From a bacterium (GTDB lineage: Bacteria > JAAXHH01): a DNA stretch of 64,000 bases. A program made the position numbers and the translations under genes. Positions 10,431 through 20,062 of this stretch are shown one piece after another. Each line of letters opens with the position of its first letter. Positions within the stretch are counted from its first letter, which is position 1. The notes beneath the pieces were generated by a model. That model did no database searches and had not been told where the DNA came from. It was given only the letters and a program-made list of their open reading frames with translations. The stretch spans positions 233,396-297,395 of the forward strand of contig OZ252103.1 in the NCBI GenBank assembly GCA_965248395.1. The letters run 5' to 3'.

Positions 10431-11090
10431 CTACATTTTCTCTTTCAGCCAGTCTTCGGTGATGGGCGATCGACCCTGGTTATCACCAGGATTCGGGTTC
10501 CGGCCGGAATGCAACAGGGACGCGACGTACCGGCCGATCATGTCCACTTCTATGTTTACCTCGTCACCGATCTGCCTGCTGCCAATCGTCGTAATCGATG
10601 CGGTATGCGGTATGATCGATACCGCCGCCAAATTACCCGTCAGACCGGCGATTGTCAAGCTAATTCCATCCAGCGCGATGGACCCTTTCTCGATGACGAA
10701 GGGCGTCAGATCATCCGGGATTTCCACACCGAACCACAGGCTGTTGCCCCTATTTTTCCGCTCCGTGATTCGTCCCACACCGTCGACGTGTCCCTGTACC
10801 AGGTGACCGTCGATACGGTCCGACAGGCGCAGCGGTCTTTCCAGATTGACCTCGTCCCCGACCCGCATATTGCCGAAGGTCGTCCGGGAGACCGTCTCGG
10901 GTACGATTTCCACAAAAAATACGCGGTCCCCGTGATCCACGACGGTCAGGCAGACGCCGTTGACGGCAACGCTTGCGCCTTGCTCGAACCCGGCCGATAT
11001 GGACGGCGCCTCCACGGACAGCCTCAGGCCGCCCCGGTCGCGGTCCAGGGTACGTACCGATCCAGTTGTTTCGATGATACCCGTGAACAT
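10431..11090 (-). CDS. ribE: riboflavin synthase alpha subunit
   Basis: MFTGIIETTG ... GHLVQGHVDGVG ... is the duplicated lumazine-binding repeat. The start is trimmed from the 291-aa track ORF to the internal MFTGII start. Confidence 0.85.
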   Translation of the reverse strand: MFTGIIETTGSVRTLDRDRGGLRLSVEAPSISAGFEQGASVAVNGVCLTVVDHGDRVFFVEIVPETVSRTTFGNMRVGDEVNLERPLRLSDRIDGHLVQGHVDGVGRITERKNRGNSLWFGVEIPDDLTPFVIEKGSIALDGISLTIAGLTGNLAAVSIIPHTASITTIGSRQIGDEVNIEVDMIGRYVASLLHSGRNPNPGDNQGRSPITEDWLKEKM

Positions 11091-11160
11091 GTAATGAACT
11101 CCATGCCTGGTAGTACTTGCCCGTGGCTTCTTCTTCGGCTGGTCACTCTCCGGTGGGCTT

Positions 11161-12255
11161 TTACGGATACCCTGGCGTACCTGTGATGAGGAAATCACCG
11201 TCCAGTTGCTCCACCTGCGCATCGTGCAGGTCGATGGCCTGAGAAAGGTCGTCCAGTTCCAGGTCGGCAACGGATGGGACCCCCGCGCCCAGTATGCGCG
11301 GCGCAACGAAACAGGCGATACGGTCGACGGCCCGCTCCCGCAGGAAGGACGTGGACACGCGGCTTCCGCCTTCCACCATGAGGGTTACGATCCCGGCCTT
11401 TCCAAGCTCGGATTTGAGGTGCTCCACCGGGACGCGTCCATCCTCCCCGGGCAGCACGAGCACCTCGGCGCCCGCCTTTCTAAGCACGTCGATCCGGTCC
11501 GCCGGCGCCGCATCCGTAACGCAAACGGTGGTCGGCGCGTCGCCGTCTAATATATGTGCGTCGACCGGGGTCCGGGCCCGGCTGTCGAGCACGATTCGTC
11601 TGGGTTGCCGGCCGTCCACGTGCCTGACCGTAAGCCTCGGGTCGTCCGCCAGTACGGTATCGATGCCCACGAGCACGGCGTCCGCCCGGCTGCGCATCTG
11701 GTGTACGCGTTCCCGCGCGGACTCTCCGGTGATCCACTGCGACCGGCCGTTCCGCGTAGCGATGCGTCCGTCGAGAGTCTGGGCCAGTTTGAGCAGCACG
11801 AAGGGCCGGCCGGTTTGCCTGTGATGTACATAGGCGGCGTTCAGTTTCTGTGCTTCCTCTTCCAAAAGCCCTGTCTCCACGGCGACGCCCGCCGCGCGTA
11901 GCCGTTCGATCCCCTTGCCCGAAACGCGCCGGTCCGGATCGGTCATGGCCACGTAAACCCGTGCGATTCCCGATTCGATGATCGCGTCCGTGCACAGCGG
12001 CGTGCTGCCCTGGTGACAGCAAGGTTCCAGGTTGACGTACATCTCCGCCCCCCGGGCGCTGCCGCCGGCGTCGCGCAGCGCCTGGGGCTCGGCATGCTGC
12101 CCTCCGTACTCGCGGTAGTATCCCCGGCCCACGACGACGCCGTCGTGGACGACCACGGAGCCCACCATGGGGTTGGGGCTGGTCCGGCCCATACCCCGTT
12201 CCGCCAGGTCCAGCGCCTGGCGCATGAAAACGGTGTCATTTTCGGTTTTCATCAT
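11161..12255 (-). CDS. ribD: bifunctional diaminohydroxyphosphoribosylaminopyrimidine deaminase / 5-amino-6-(5-phosphoribosylamino)uracil reductase
   Basis: The deaminase zinc motifs HAE...PCxxC ([15 protein letters not shown]) and a C-terminal reductase domain are present. The start is placed at [15 protein letters not shown]. Confidence 0.85.
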   Translation of the reverse strand: MMKTENDTVFMRQALDLAERGMGRTSPNPMVGSVVVHDGVVVGRGYYREYGGQHAEPQALRDAGGSARGAEMYVNLEPCCHQGSTPLCTDAIIESGIARVYVAMTDPDRRVSGKGIERLRAAGVAVETGLLEEEAQKLNAAYVHHRQTGRPFVLLKLAQTLDGRIATRNGRSQWITGESARERVHQMRSRADAVLVGIDTVLADDPRLTVRHVDGRQPRRIVLDSRARTPVDAHILDGDAPTTVCVTDAAPADRIDVLRKAGAEVLVLPGEDGRVPVEHLKSELGKAGIVTLMVEGGSRVSTSFLRERAVDRIACFVAPRILGAGVPSVADLELDDLSQAIDLHDAQVEQLDGDFLITGTPGYP

Positions 12256-12301
12256 GGGGTAAGCTAGGCAGTTTCCGAAGAGGGTGTCAAGGCCTTTTAC
12301 C

Positions 12302-12330
12302 CTTGACATCAAGGGGTTCGCCCCATAGTT
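12302..12330 (+). promoter_or_regulatory. sigma70-like promoter for ilvE (TTGACA-17-TAGTTT), overlapping a 7-bp inverted repeat
   Basis: TTGACA at 12302-12307, a 17-nt spacer, then TAGTTT at 12325-12330. The inverted repeat GTCAAGG/CCTTGAC lies at 12285-12306. This is the divergent ribD/ilvE intergenic region. Confidence 0.4.
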
Positions 12331-12377
12331 TGCGCCAGATTGTCAACGCGAGACGAACCTCAAAAAGGAGATCGAGC

Positions 12378-13301
12378 ATGGCCACGCTGCCGGAGGCCGA
12401 ATACATCTGGTTGAATGGGAAACTGGTACCCTGGCAAGACGCCAGGATTCACGTGCTGTCTCACGTGGTGCATTACGGCTCGAGCTTCTTCGAAGGCATG
12501 CGCTGCTACAAGACGAGCCAGGGTCCCGCGATATTCCGGCTCGACGAACACGTGGACAGGCTCTTCGATTCCTGCAAGATCTACCGGGTGGATATTCCGT
12601 ACAGCAAGGACGAGGTCCGCGAGGCCATCCTCGAGACCATCCGATCCAACAAACTCGTTTCCTGTTACGTCCGTCCCGTGGTGTACCGCGGGTACGGTCT
12701 GCTGAGCGTCGATCCCATGGGCTGCCCCGTGGAAGTCGCCGTGGGCGCGTGGAACTGGGGCACCTATCTTGGCGACGACGCACATGAGAATGGGGTGGAC
12801 GTGTGCGTCTCTTCCTGGAACCGTCCCGCGCCGAATACCCATCCGGCCCTATCAAAGGCGGGCGGCAACTACCTCAATTCCCAGTTGATCCGGATGGAGG
12901 CCATCGAGAACGGGTACAGCGAGGGCATCGCCTTGAATACCCATGGCCTGATCAGCGAAGGCAGCGGTGAGAACATCTTCCTCGTGAAGGACGGCACGGT
13001 CATCACGAACAGCCTGGCGGCTTCGGTCCTCGGCGGCATCACGCGCAACGCCGTCATGACGCTCGCCCAAGACGCCGGATTCAAGGTTGTCGAACAGGAT
13101 ATCCCCCGCGAAATGCTCTACATCGCCGACGAGGTGTTCTTCGTAGGCAGCGCCGTGGAAGTGACGCCGGTTCGGTCCATCGACCGCATAGACATAGGCG
13201 ACGGATCCCGCGGTCCGGTCACGAAGGAGATCCAGGAACGGTTCTTCGGGATCACCACCGGCGACCGCGAAGATGTCCACGGCTGGCTGACGTGCGTGTG
13301 A
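12378..13301 (+). CDS. ilvE: branched-chain amino acid aminotransferase
   Basis: [44 protein letters not shown] is a canonical IlvE N-terminus. An AAGGAG Shine-Dalgarno sits 7 nt upstream of ATG 12378. Confidence 0.85.
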   Translation: MATLPEAEYIWLNGKLVPWQDARIHVLSHVVHYGSSFFEGMRCYKTSQGPAIFRLDEHVDRLFDSCKIYRVDIPYSKDEVREAILETIRSNKLVSCYVRPVVYRGYGLLSVDPMGCPVEVAVGAWNWGTYLGDDAHENGVDVCVSSWNRPAPNTHPALSKAGGNYLNSQLIRMEAIENGYSEGIALNTHGLISEGSGENIFLVKDGTVITNSLAASVLGGITRNAVMTLAQDAGFKVVEQDIPREMLYIADEVFFVGSAVEVTPVRSIDRIDIGDGSRGPVTKEIQERFFGITTGDREDVHGWLTCV

Positions 13302-13334
13302 TTCGTTTGTTTTTACTTATTACGAGTTTGAATT

Positions 13335-14240
13335 ATGAAGAGTAGCGGATTCTCGGATTACGAAAAACTAGCGATTGATCAGATCCACGCCTGGAAAACC
13401 CCTGAATTAACTTGGTTTGGACAGGCGATGCAGGTTGTGAACTGGCCACTGAACAAAGCTGGCGACGCTGTCCTAAACACTCCGGGTATTGGTGAGGCTA
13501 TTAGGAAATCCATTAGCGGTATAGTACGTGTCAGTAACGACTTTGCTCAGTGGACCGTGAGACCAGAGTCGATTTACAAAGAGTTCAGAGCGTCAGGATA
13601 CGATGTCGATAATGCTAAATGCATATTGAATTTAGATCTTGAAGAAATCGACAAAACCGTAGGCTTCTTAGACGCGAAGTACAAGGGAGTTGCATGTTTA
13701 GAAGGCGCAGCCACTGGAGCCACTGGCATCATTGGTTTAGTCGCAGATATACCATTGCTTGTTTCTTTGAATTTGCGAGCAATCGGTGAGTACGCTACGT
13801 ATTACGGTTTTGATATCTCTTTACAGTCAGAACGACTGTTCGCCATGAACGTATTGGGATTAGCCTCCAGTCCAAAAGATGCTTCGAAGCAAGTTGCATT
13901 GTCAGAACTTGTCCGAATCGCAAAAGATGTAGCCGCAAAGAAAACCTGGAAGTCGCTGGAGGAGCGGGCTTTTGTAAGGATTATACAACATATTGCGCGG
14001 GCACTTGGTATCCGTCTTACAAAAGCGAAATTGGCTCAATTTGTGCCCGCTGTTGGAGCGGTCGTAGGTATGGGGTTTAATGCCTATTTTACTTCAAGAG
14101 TTTGTGAGGCATCGTACAACCTGTATCGTGAAAGATTCCTGGCTGCTAAATACGGCCCAGATAACATCGAAATCACTGTCGAACCAGCAGACGACTTAGA
14201 TCCCGGATATGAGGAATCATTTGAAGACATACCCAACTAA
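13335..14240 (+). CDS. EcsC family protein
   Basis: 301 aa with an EcsC-like core (CLEGAATGATGIIGLVADIPLLVSLNLRAIGEYATYYGFD). The gene is visibly AT-richer than its flanks. Confidence 0.55.
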   Translation: MKSSGFSDYEKLAIDQIHAWKTPELTWFGQAMQVVNWPLNKAGDAVLNTPGIGEAIRKSISGIVRVSNDFAQWTVRPESIYKEFRASGYDVDNAKCILNLDLEEIDKTVGFLDAKYKGVACLEGAATGATGIIGLVADIPLLVSLNLRAIGEYATYYGFDISLQSERLFAMNVLGLASSPKDASKQVALSELVRIAKDVAAKKTWKSLEERAFVRIIQHIARALGIRLTKAKLAQFVPAVGAVVGMGFNAYFTSRVCEASYNLYRERFLAAKYGPDNIEITVEPADDLDPGYEESFEDIPN

Positions 14241-14303
14241 CTACCGTCTCCAGTCTTAATTACGAATGTTCATACACATACCAAGTTTGCACTACCGCTT
14301 CCA

Positions 14304-15446
14304 CTACCCCACCCACACCGGGTGATCAGCGCCTTCGTGTTCGAATCCGTCCGTCAACCTGCGCAGGTCGCCGCCGGCGGCGTTGACCAGCCAGATGCTG
14401 CTCGGGGAACCAACCTCGGCGCGGCAGAAGGCGAACACGGAACCGTCCGGCGACCAGGCCGCACGGAAATTCCAGACGCGGGCTTCATAAGGTATGAATT
14501 CCCTTTCCTCGCCCGTAAAGGGGTCGAGCAGGGCGATGGCAGTGCCGCCGCGGGCGCCTTCGGGGTAGTAATCCCGGTTGAAATGGTCGGTGTCCGGACG
14601 TTCCGCCTGGTATGGCCATGCGGTTCGGGAACCGGGCTCAGCGCGGGTGTAGGCAACCCTTTTTCCGTCGGGTGTCCACTGGGCCATGTTGGAACCCCCG
14701 CCCCGGGTTTCCGGGTCGCCGTAGGACGTGGCGAACCACTGTCGCTGACCTGTCGTGACCTTCCGGTTGATCGACCCGTCCAGGCCGCCAAGACAGAGGT
14801 CCGCCCAGTCGTGGCCCGGATCGTCGGCATAATGGCAGTCCTGGTAGATCAGCCATTTTCCGTCCGACGACCACATGGGTCCGAAGTACAGGTGGCCCGG
14901 CGCTGAGGCGACTTCCACCCGGTTGCCCCCGTCCAGGTCCGATATGAATATGCAGTAGCTGTCCCGGTCGGTCAGCATGGTCGAATGGTAGGCGATCTTC
15001 TGGCCGTCCGGGCTGATCTGGACGCAGTAGACGAACCCGTCTTCGGCATCCGTGATCTCCCCTGGGTCTGAACCGTCCACGTCCATGGTCCAGATACGCT
15101 GTTTCCCGTCGATGATCGGGTTCACCAGGAGTCGATCCTCCCCCGGTAGGATGTGGCTGCACCCCATGAAAGGCGCGGGCCGGTTTTTGAGCGCGATCTC
15201 CTCCAGCAGGCGGTTTTCTTCCAGGTCGTAAATCCAGAGATGGACCCTAACGTTGCCTTCCCAGGCCTTACCGGGTTCGTAACTGGACAGGATCACCCTG
15301 CGCCTGTCATCGAAGACGGGTCCCCAGCCCCAGCTGGCCATGTCCGGCACGTCCAGGTGGGGATACCATGTACTCGAATCATCCAGTTCGTATACGCCCA
15401 GGCGCCCACGGGAATTGAATAGCAGCCGGAGACAAGTGTTGTTCAT
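14304..15446 (-). CDS. TolB-like / PD40 beta-propeller repeat protein
   Basis: Repeated SPDG / SxDGKxxAY motifs (SPDGQKIAY, SSDGKWLIY, TPDGKRVAY, SPDGSVFAF). Confidence 0.6.
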   Translation of the reverse strand: MNNTCLRLLFNSRGRLGVYELDDSSTWYPHLDVPDMASWGWGPVFDDRRRVILSSYEPGKAWEGNVRVHLWIYDLEENRLLEEIALKNRPAPFMGCSHILPGEDRLLVNPIIDGKQRIWTMDVDGSDPGEITDAEDGFVYCVQISPDGQKIAYHSTMLTDRDSYCIFISDLDGGNRVEVASAPGHLYFGPMWSSDGKWLIYQDCHYADDPGHDWADLCLGGLDGSINRKVTTGQRQWFATSYGDPETRGGGSNMAQWTPDGKRVAYTRAEPGSRTAWPYQAERPDTDHFNRDYYPEGARGGTAIALLDPFTGEEREFIPYEARVWNFRAAWSPDGSVFAFCRAEVGSPSSIWLVNAAGGDLRRLTDGFEHEGADHPVWVG

Positions 15447-16546
15447 GGCGATCTCCTCCACGCGATCCCGGCATGGAGCCCGAAGTCAGGGGTATTCTGG
15501 TACTGGCTGAGATTCTCGGTTATTCCGATCTCCAGGGTCAAGGTCTCCGACAGGGCATACCTCGCGCCGCCGCTGATCTCGAAGGCCGTGCGGTCCAGGG
15601 GACCCAGCACGCTGTCCGGAAAGGGGCCGGTGTTGCCCTGTGCCTGGATCAGCGCCGCCAGCCGATTCGTGGCTCGGTATTCGAAGGCCAGCAGGTGCGT
15701 CGTGACGGCCCGCAGGGGGAATCCCTCGCCTCGGGACGGTCTCCCCAACCGGCTATGGGCGATGTTGTAGTGGACGGCCAGGATCTTTACCGGCCACCAG
15801 GTTGCGAACAGTGCCGCCTGGATATCGAACCCACCGCTTCCGGTCAGTGCTTCCAGGCTGCCCGTGGGCAGTTTCACGGCGCCGGCCAGTGCCAGGTCGA
15901 GGACGCCCGCGCCATGGTAAAGCGGCGTCTTCATCCGAAGGACGAGGTCTCCCGGCCGAAAAGCCGCGGCCTCCGCACTCTCTATCCAGAACCGGCCGTT
16001 TCGTACGACGTATACCCCGTAGCCGTTCCGCAGGGTCTCCTCCCTGCCTCCGTTGGTCAGGTTGAACAGGCGGTGGAATCGCTCCACCGTGCCGTCCAGA
16101 GCACCCCCGCCGTGCTTCATGAACGGAAGGGTTAATCCGATCTGCAGCCTCGATACGATCCGCCAGTCCAGGTCCACCGCCAGACGCAGGGTCTCCGTAT
16201 CCGCAAACAACCGGTATTCGTTCAGCGGCGCGGCCTGGTAGTAATCGCCGGCGACACCGGGGTCGCCCACGGGACGCGTGACCGCGTGGGTATTGGCGTA
16301 ATCCAATCGAAACACCCATTGCCTCGATCCCCGTGGCAGGAGGTTGCCCGCCTCGGGACGGAGTCCGAGAAACAACATTCGGATGGGGAACTGGTCGCGT
16401 TGAATGAAGGGACCGGCGGCCGGGGACTGGGAGAAGGCTGGACAGGCAATGAACAACAGGCCGCAGGCGAGCGCTTGCAGCAGCCTGCTTCTTACTTTAA
16501 CGGAGAACTTCGTGCGCGGGATGTAGTGGAATGGGAATCCGGCCAT
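15443..16546 (-). CDS. hypothetical secreted/outer-membrane protein (possible beta-barrel)
   Basis: Signal peptide (KVRSRLLQALACGLLFIACPAFSQ), a beta-strand-rich sequence and a C-terminal aromatic residue. The 3' end overlaps the TolB-like gene by 4 nt. Confidence 0.45.
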   Translation of the reverse strand: MAGFPFHYIPRTKFSVKVRSRLLQALACGLLFIACPAFSQSPAAGPFIQRDQFPIRMLFLGLRPEAGNLLPRGSRQWVFRLDYANTHAVTRPVGDPGVAGDYYQAAPLNEYRLFADTETLRLAVDLDWRIVSRLQIGLTLPFMKHGGGALDGTVERFHRLFNLTNGGREETLRNGYGVYVVRNGRFWIESAEAAAFRPGDLVLRMKTPLYHGAGVLDLALAGAVKLPTGSLEALTGSGGFDIQAALFATWWPVKILAVHYNIAHSRLGRPSRGEGFPLRAVTTHLLAFEYRATNRLAALIQAQGNTGPFPDSVLGPLDRTAFEISGGARYALSETLTLEIGITENLSQYQNTPDFGLHAGIAWRRSP

Positions 16547-16636
16547 TCGACGCTCCAGCCATGGGTCGATCCGGACAAGGGTCCGCGATACGGTTTTCAA
16601 CCCGTCGACACAGGCGTCCTGCACGCCCCATGCGAC

Positions 16637-18448
16637 TCAGCCTATGGATGCCAGCGTCTGGCCCGCGATCACCTGGGCGCCGGGGTGTGTGGAAACGTCC
16701 CTCACGGTTCCGCCGACTTCGGCTGTGACCTGCATTTCCATCTTCATGGCTTCCAGGACCACGATGACGTCCCCTGCTTCAATAGCCTGCCCGGGGGTGA
16801 CTGCCACGCTGAGCACTTTTCCGGGGATCGGCGCCTTGACCGGCGTGGTTCCCTCGCGGTCCTGCGCGCCCGCCGTAGCCCCGGCCCCATCGGGTTGCAG
16901 GTCGACTTCGTAGGCCCTGCCGTTGACGGTTGCCGTTTTTCCATCGATACGCAGCGCGTATCTTCTGCCATTGACCGTCACCTGGTATCCCCTGGGACCG
17001 CCCGGCCTGGATGATGCGGCTTCCTGGGGTTTCTCCCGGTCCGACGCGGCCTGCTTTCGCACGCCGATCACACCCTCGCCCTTCAGGTAGGCCAGGCCCC
17101 GTTCGCCGCAGGCCGCGACGATGAAGATGTTCTCGTCCGTGTCCTCGACCCCGGCTTCTTTCAGCACCCCGCGCGCCGCCTCGATGCCCTTCTTTGGATC
17201 GTCGTCATTGAGTTCCAGGACGGGCCGGTCATTGGGCGGCATACCGAGCTGTTCCGATGCGATCCCAACGACTTCGGCGTCCGGTGGGACTGGCGTCCTG
17301 CCAAAATAGCCCAGGACCATCCGGCCATAATCTTCGGCGATCTTCTTCCACGGCCCGATCATTACGTTGTTGAAGGCCTGCTGGAAGTAGAACTGAGACA
17401 CCGGCGTGACCGACGTGCCGTATCCGCCCTTCTCCACGACCTCGCTCATGGCCTTGATGATGGCCGGATAACGGTCCATGATCCCGTTGTCCCGCAACAT
17501 CTGCGTGTTGGCGGTCAAGGCGCCGCCCGGCATGGGGCTCCAGGGGAGCAGGGGTTCGACGGCGACGGCCTCGGGTGGAAGAAAATAGTCTTTCATGCAC
17601 TCCTTCAGGATCTCTTCCGCTTCCCGGACACCTTCGAAGTCGATGTCAAGGTCGTATTCCGTGCCGCGGAGCGCGTGCCACATGACGAGGATGTCCGGCT
17701 GCGACGTGCCGCCCGACACGGGCGCGAAGGCCAGGTCGATGGCGTCGGCCCCGGCATCGAGCGCCGCCTGGTACGCCGCTACGGCGATGCCGGCCGTTTC
17801 GTGGGTGTGGAAGTGGATCCAGGTACCTTCGGGCAGCAGCTTCCGGGCGGCCTTGACGGATTCGTACACCTTGGATGGAACGGCCGTACCCGACGCGTCC
17901 TTGAAACACACCGAATCGAAGGGAATGCCAGCGTCGAGGATCTTCCGCAGCGTCGCCGTGTAGAACGCCTCGTCGTGGGCGCCCGAGCATCCCGGCGGCA
18001 GTTCCATGATGGTGACGCACACCTGGTGCCTGAGGCCGGCTTCGGTGATGCACCGCCCGCTGTGAACCAGGTTTTCAACGTCGTTCAAGGCGTCGAAATT
18101 TCGGATGGTCGTCATGCCGTGCTTGCGGAACAGCTGCGCGTGCAACCGGATGATATCGCCGGGCTGAGAATCCAGCCCCACCACGTTGACGCCCCTGGAC
18201 AGGGTCTGCAGGTTGGCGTCGGGACCCGCCGCGCTCCTTATGGCATCCATGCGATCGAAGGCGTCTTCGTTGCAGTAGAAATAGGGCGACTGGAACATCG
18301 CGCCGCCGCCGGCTTCAAAGTACTCGATCCCCGCGTCCCGCGCGGCTTCCACGGCGGGCAGGAAGTCCCGGGTAAAAACGCGCGCGCCATAAACGGACTG
18401 AAATCCGTCCCGGAACGTGGTGCACATGAAATTTACTTTCTTCTTCAC
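16637..18448 (-). CDS. oadA: oxaloacetate decarboxylase alpha subunit (carboxyltransferase plus biotinyl domain)
   Basis: FRDGFQS at the N-terminus, a pyruvate-carboxyltransferase TIM barrel, and the C-terminal biotin attachment motif EAMKME. Confidence 0.8.
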   Translation of the reverse strand: MKKKVNFMCTTFRDGFQSVYGARVFTRDFLPAVEAARDAGIEYFEAGGGAMFQSPYFYCNEDAFDRMDAIRSAAGPDANLQTLSRGVNVVGLDSQPGDIIRLHAQLFRKHGMTTIRNFDALNDVENLVHSGRCITEAGLRHQVCVTIMELPPGCSGAHDEAFYTATLRKILDAGIPFDSVCFKDASGTAVPSKVYESVKAARKLLPEGTWIHFHTHETAGIAVAAYQAALDAGADAIDLAFAPVSGGTSQPDILVMWHALRGTEYDLDIDFEGVREAEEILKECMKDYFLPPEAVAVEPLLPWSPMPGGALTANTQMLRDNGIMDRYPAIIKAMSEVVEKGGYGTSVTPVSQFYFQQAFNNVMIGPWKKIAEDYGRMVLGYFGRTPVPPDAEVVGIASEQLGMPPNDRPVLELNDDDPKKGIEAARGVLKEAGVEDTDENIFIVAACGERGLAYLKGEGVIGVRKQAASDREKPQEAASSRPGGPRGYQVTVNGRRYALRIDGKTATVNGRAYEVDLQPDGAGATAGAQDREGTTPVKAPIPGKVLSVAVTPGQAIEAGDVIVVLEAMKMEMQVTAEVGGTVRDVSTHPGAQVIAGQTLASIG

Positions 18449-18487
18449 TTCAGTCCCTTCGTGATTGGAGACAGGTTATCACTGTTT

Positions 18488-19618
18488 CTACGTACCCACC
18501 AGTACCGACCAGAGTATTCCCGCGCCGATGGCGGAACCGAGTACACCCGCTACATTGGGCGCCATGGCGTGAAACAACAGGAAGTTCTGCGGATCTTCCC
18601 GGTGGGCTTCGACCTGGGCTACCCTCGCCGCCATGGGTACGGCGGAGACCCCCGCGGCGCCGATCAACGGGTTGATCTTGTCTTTCCCTAACAGGTTCAT
18701 AAACTTGGCGAAGAGTACGCCGCCGGACGTCGCGATGCAGAAGGAGATCACGCCCAGGGCGAATATGAAGAGCGACTGCAACGAGAGAAAGGTTTCTGCC
18801 TGCGTGCTGGCGCCGACCGAAAACCCCAACAGAATGGTGACGATGTCGATCATCGAAGTGCGGGCCGTGTTGGCCAGCCGCTCCGTGACGCCGCATTCCT
18901 TGAGCAGGTTGCCGAAGAATAGCATGCCCACCAGCACGATTGAATCCGGCGCGATCATCGCGGCGACGATAAAGGCCATGATGGGAAAGACGATCTTTTC
19001 CCGTTGTGATACCTCCCGGGGCGGCGCCATGCGGATGAGCCGTTCCTGCCGCGTGGTCAAAAGTCGCATGATGGGCGGCTGGATGATGGGTACCAGGGCC
19101 ATGTAGGAATACGACGCGATGGCGATCATGGAAAGCAGGTGGGGCGCCAGTTTCGAAGAGAGGAAAATGGCCGTTGGGCCGTCCGCGCCGCCAATGATGG
19201 CAATGGCTCCGGATTCCGCCGGTGTGAATCCGATGGCCATGGCGCCCAGGAGGGTCAGGAATATGCCGATCTGCGCCGCGGCGCCCAGGAGGACGAGCCG
19301 CGGGTTGGACAACATGGCCGAAAAATCGGTCATGGCCCCGATGCCCAGGAAGATCAGGGGTGGGAAGATCCCTTCCTTTACGCCGAAGTAGATGTAGTAA
19401 AGTACGCTGCCCTCATCGTAGACCCCGTGGCCATCCCCTTCCAACATGGGAATGTTTCCCAGCATCACGCCGAATCCGATGGGCACCAGCAACAGCGGTT
19501 CGTAGCGGCGGGCGATCGCGAGGACGATCATGACCAGGCCGATAAGGATCATTATGGCATGGCCCGGGGTCGCCGCGGCCAGACCGGAACCTGACAGAAA
19601 GTCATACAGTATCGTCAT
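18488..19618 (-). CDS. oadB: Na+-translocating decarboxylase beta subunit
   Basis: 376-aa polytopic membrane protein. IIGGADGPTAIF and related motifs are typical of OadB/GcdB. Confidence 0.85.
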   Translation of the reverse strand: MTILYDFLSGSGLAAATPGHAIMILIGLVMIVLAIARRYEPLLLVPIGFGVMLGNIPMLEGDGHGVYDEGSVLYYIYFGVKEGIFPPLIFLGIGAMTDFSAMLSNPRLVLLGAAAQIGIFLTLLGAMAIGFTPAESGAIAIIGGADGPTAIFLSSKLAPHLLSMIAIASYSYMALVPIIQPPIMRLLTTRQERLIRMAPPREVSQREKIVFPIMAFIVAAMIAPDSIVLVGMLFFGNLLKECGVTERLANTARTSMIDIVTILLGFSVGASTQAETFLSLQSLFIFALGVISFCIATSGGVLFAKFMNLLGKDKINPLIGAAGVSAVPMAARVAQVEAHREDPQNFLLFHAMAPNVAGVLGSAIGAGILWSVLVGT

Positions 19619-19641
19619 TGAAATCCGTCCGTATGGCCTGG

Positions 19642-19905
19642 TTACCGGGTGTTGTTTTCCTCGTCGAGAACGAATCCGACGGCCGCGGCCACGGCTTCGT
19701 CGTCGTGCGTGGCTTCCTGATCGGAGGGAAGTTGCGGGTGTTCAGGGAGAATACTCCCCAATGCCGCCATGACCTTCGGCAGCATGGCAATGCAGAGGCT
19801 GATCACAGCGAGGGCCAGGAACACGACGAACATGCCAGTGAACGCGATATCGAGACCCTGGCCGTCCATGATGCGTTGCCAGCCGATGTTCAGGGGAATG
19901 GACAT
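19642..19905 (-). CDS. oadG: Na+-translocating decarboxylase gamma subunit (small single-TM protein)
   Basis: The internal start gives an ~87-aa protein with one TM helix (IAFTGMFVVFLALAVISLCIAML) and an acidic tail. It is the first gene of the oadG-oadB-oadA transcript. Confidence 0.5.
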   Translation of the reverse strand: MSIPLNIGWQRIMDGQGLDIAFTGMFVVFLALAVISLCIAMLPKVMAALGSILPEHPQLPSDQEATHDDEAVAAAVGFVLDEENNTR

Positions 19906-20062
19906 TAGCCGTTTGACAGAATACACGATGACAGTAGATATTACCGATGGCTCCAAGTAAAAGACGGTACGCGCTCCGAGCAAGGGAATTATAGCGCGCC
20001 GGATGACGTACACGAGGCAGGATCTTAGCAACCATTCAAAGACCGACAATCAGGAACCAGGG

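Noticed and set aside
9395-10462. 355-aa plus-strand ORF
   Set aside because: It lies antisense to ribBA.
12240-12380. Possible FMN (RFN) riboswitch in front of ribD
   Set aside because: The gap is only ~120 nt and contains none of the conserved RFN sequence blocks. It is explained by the divergent ilvE promoter.
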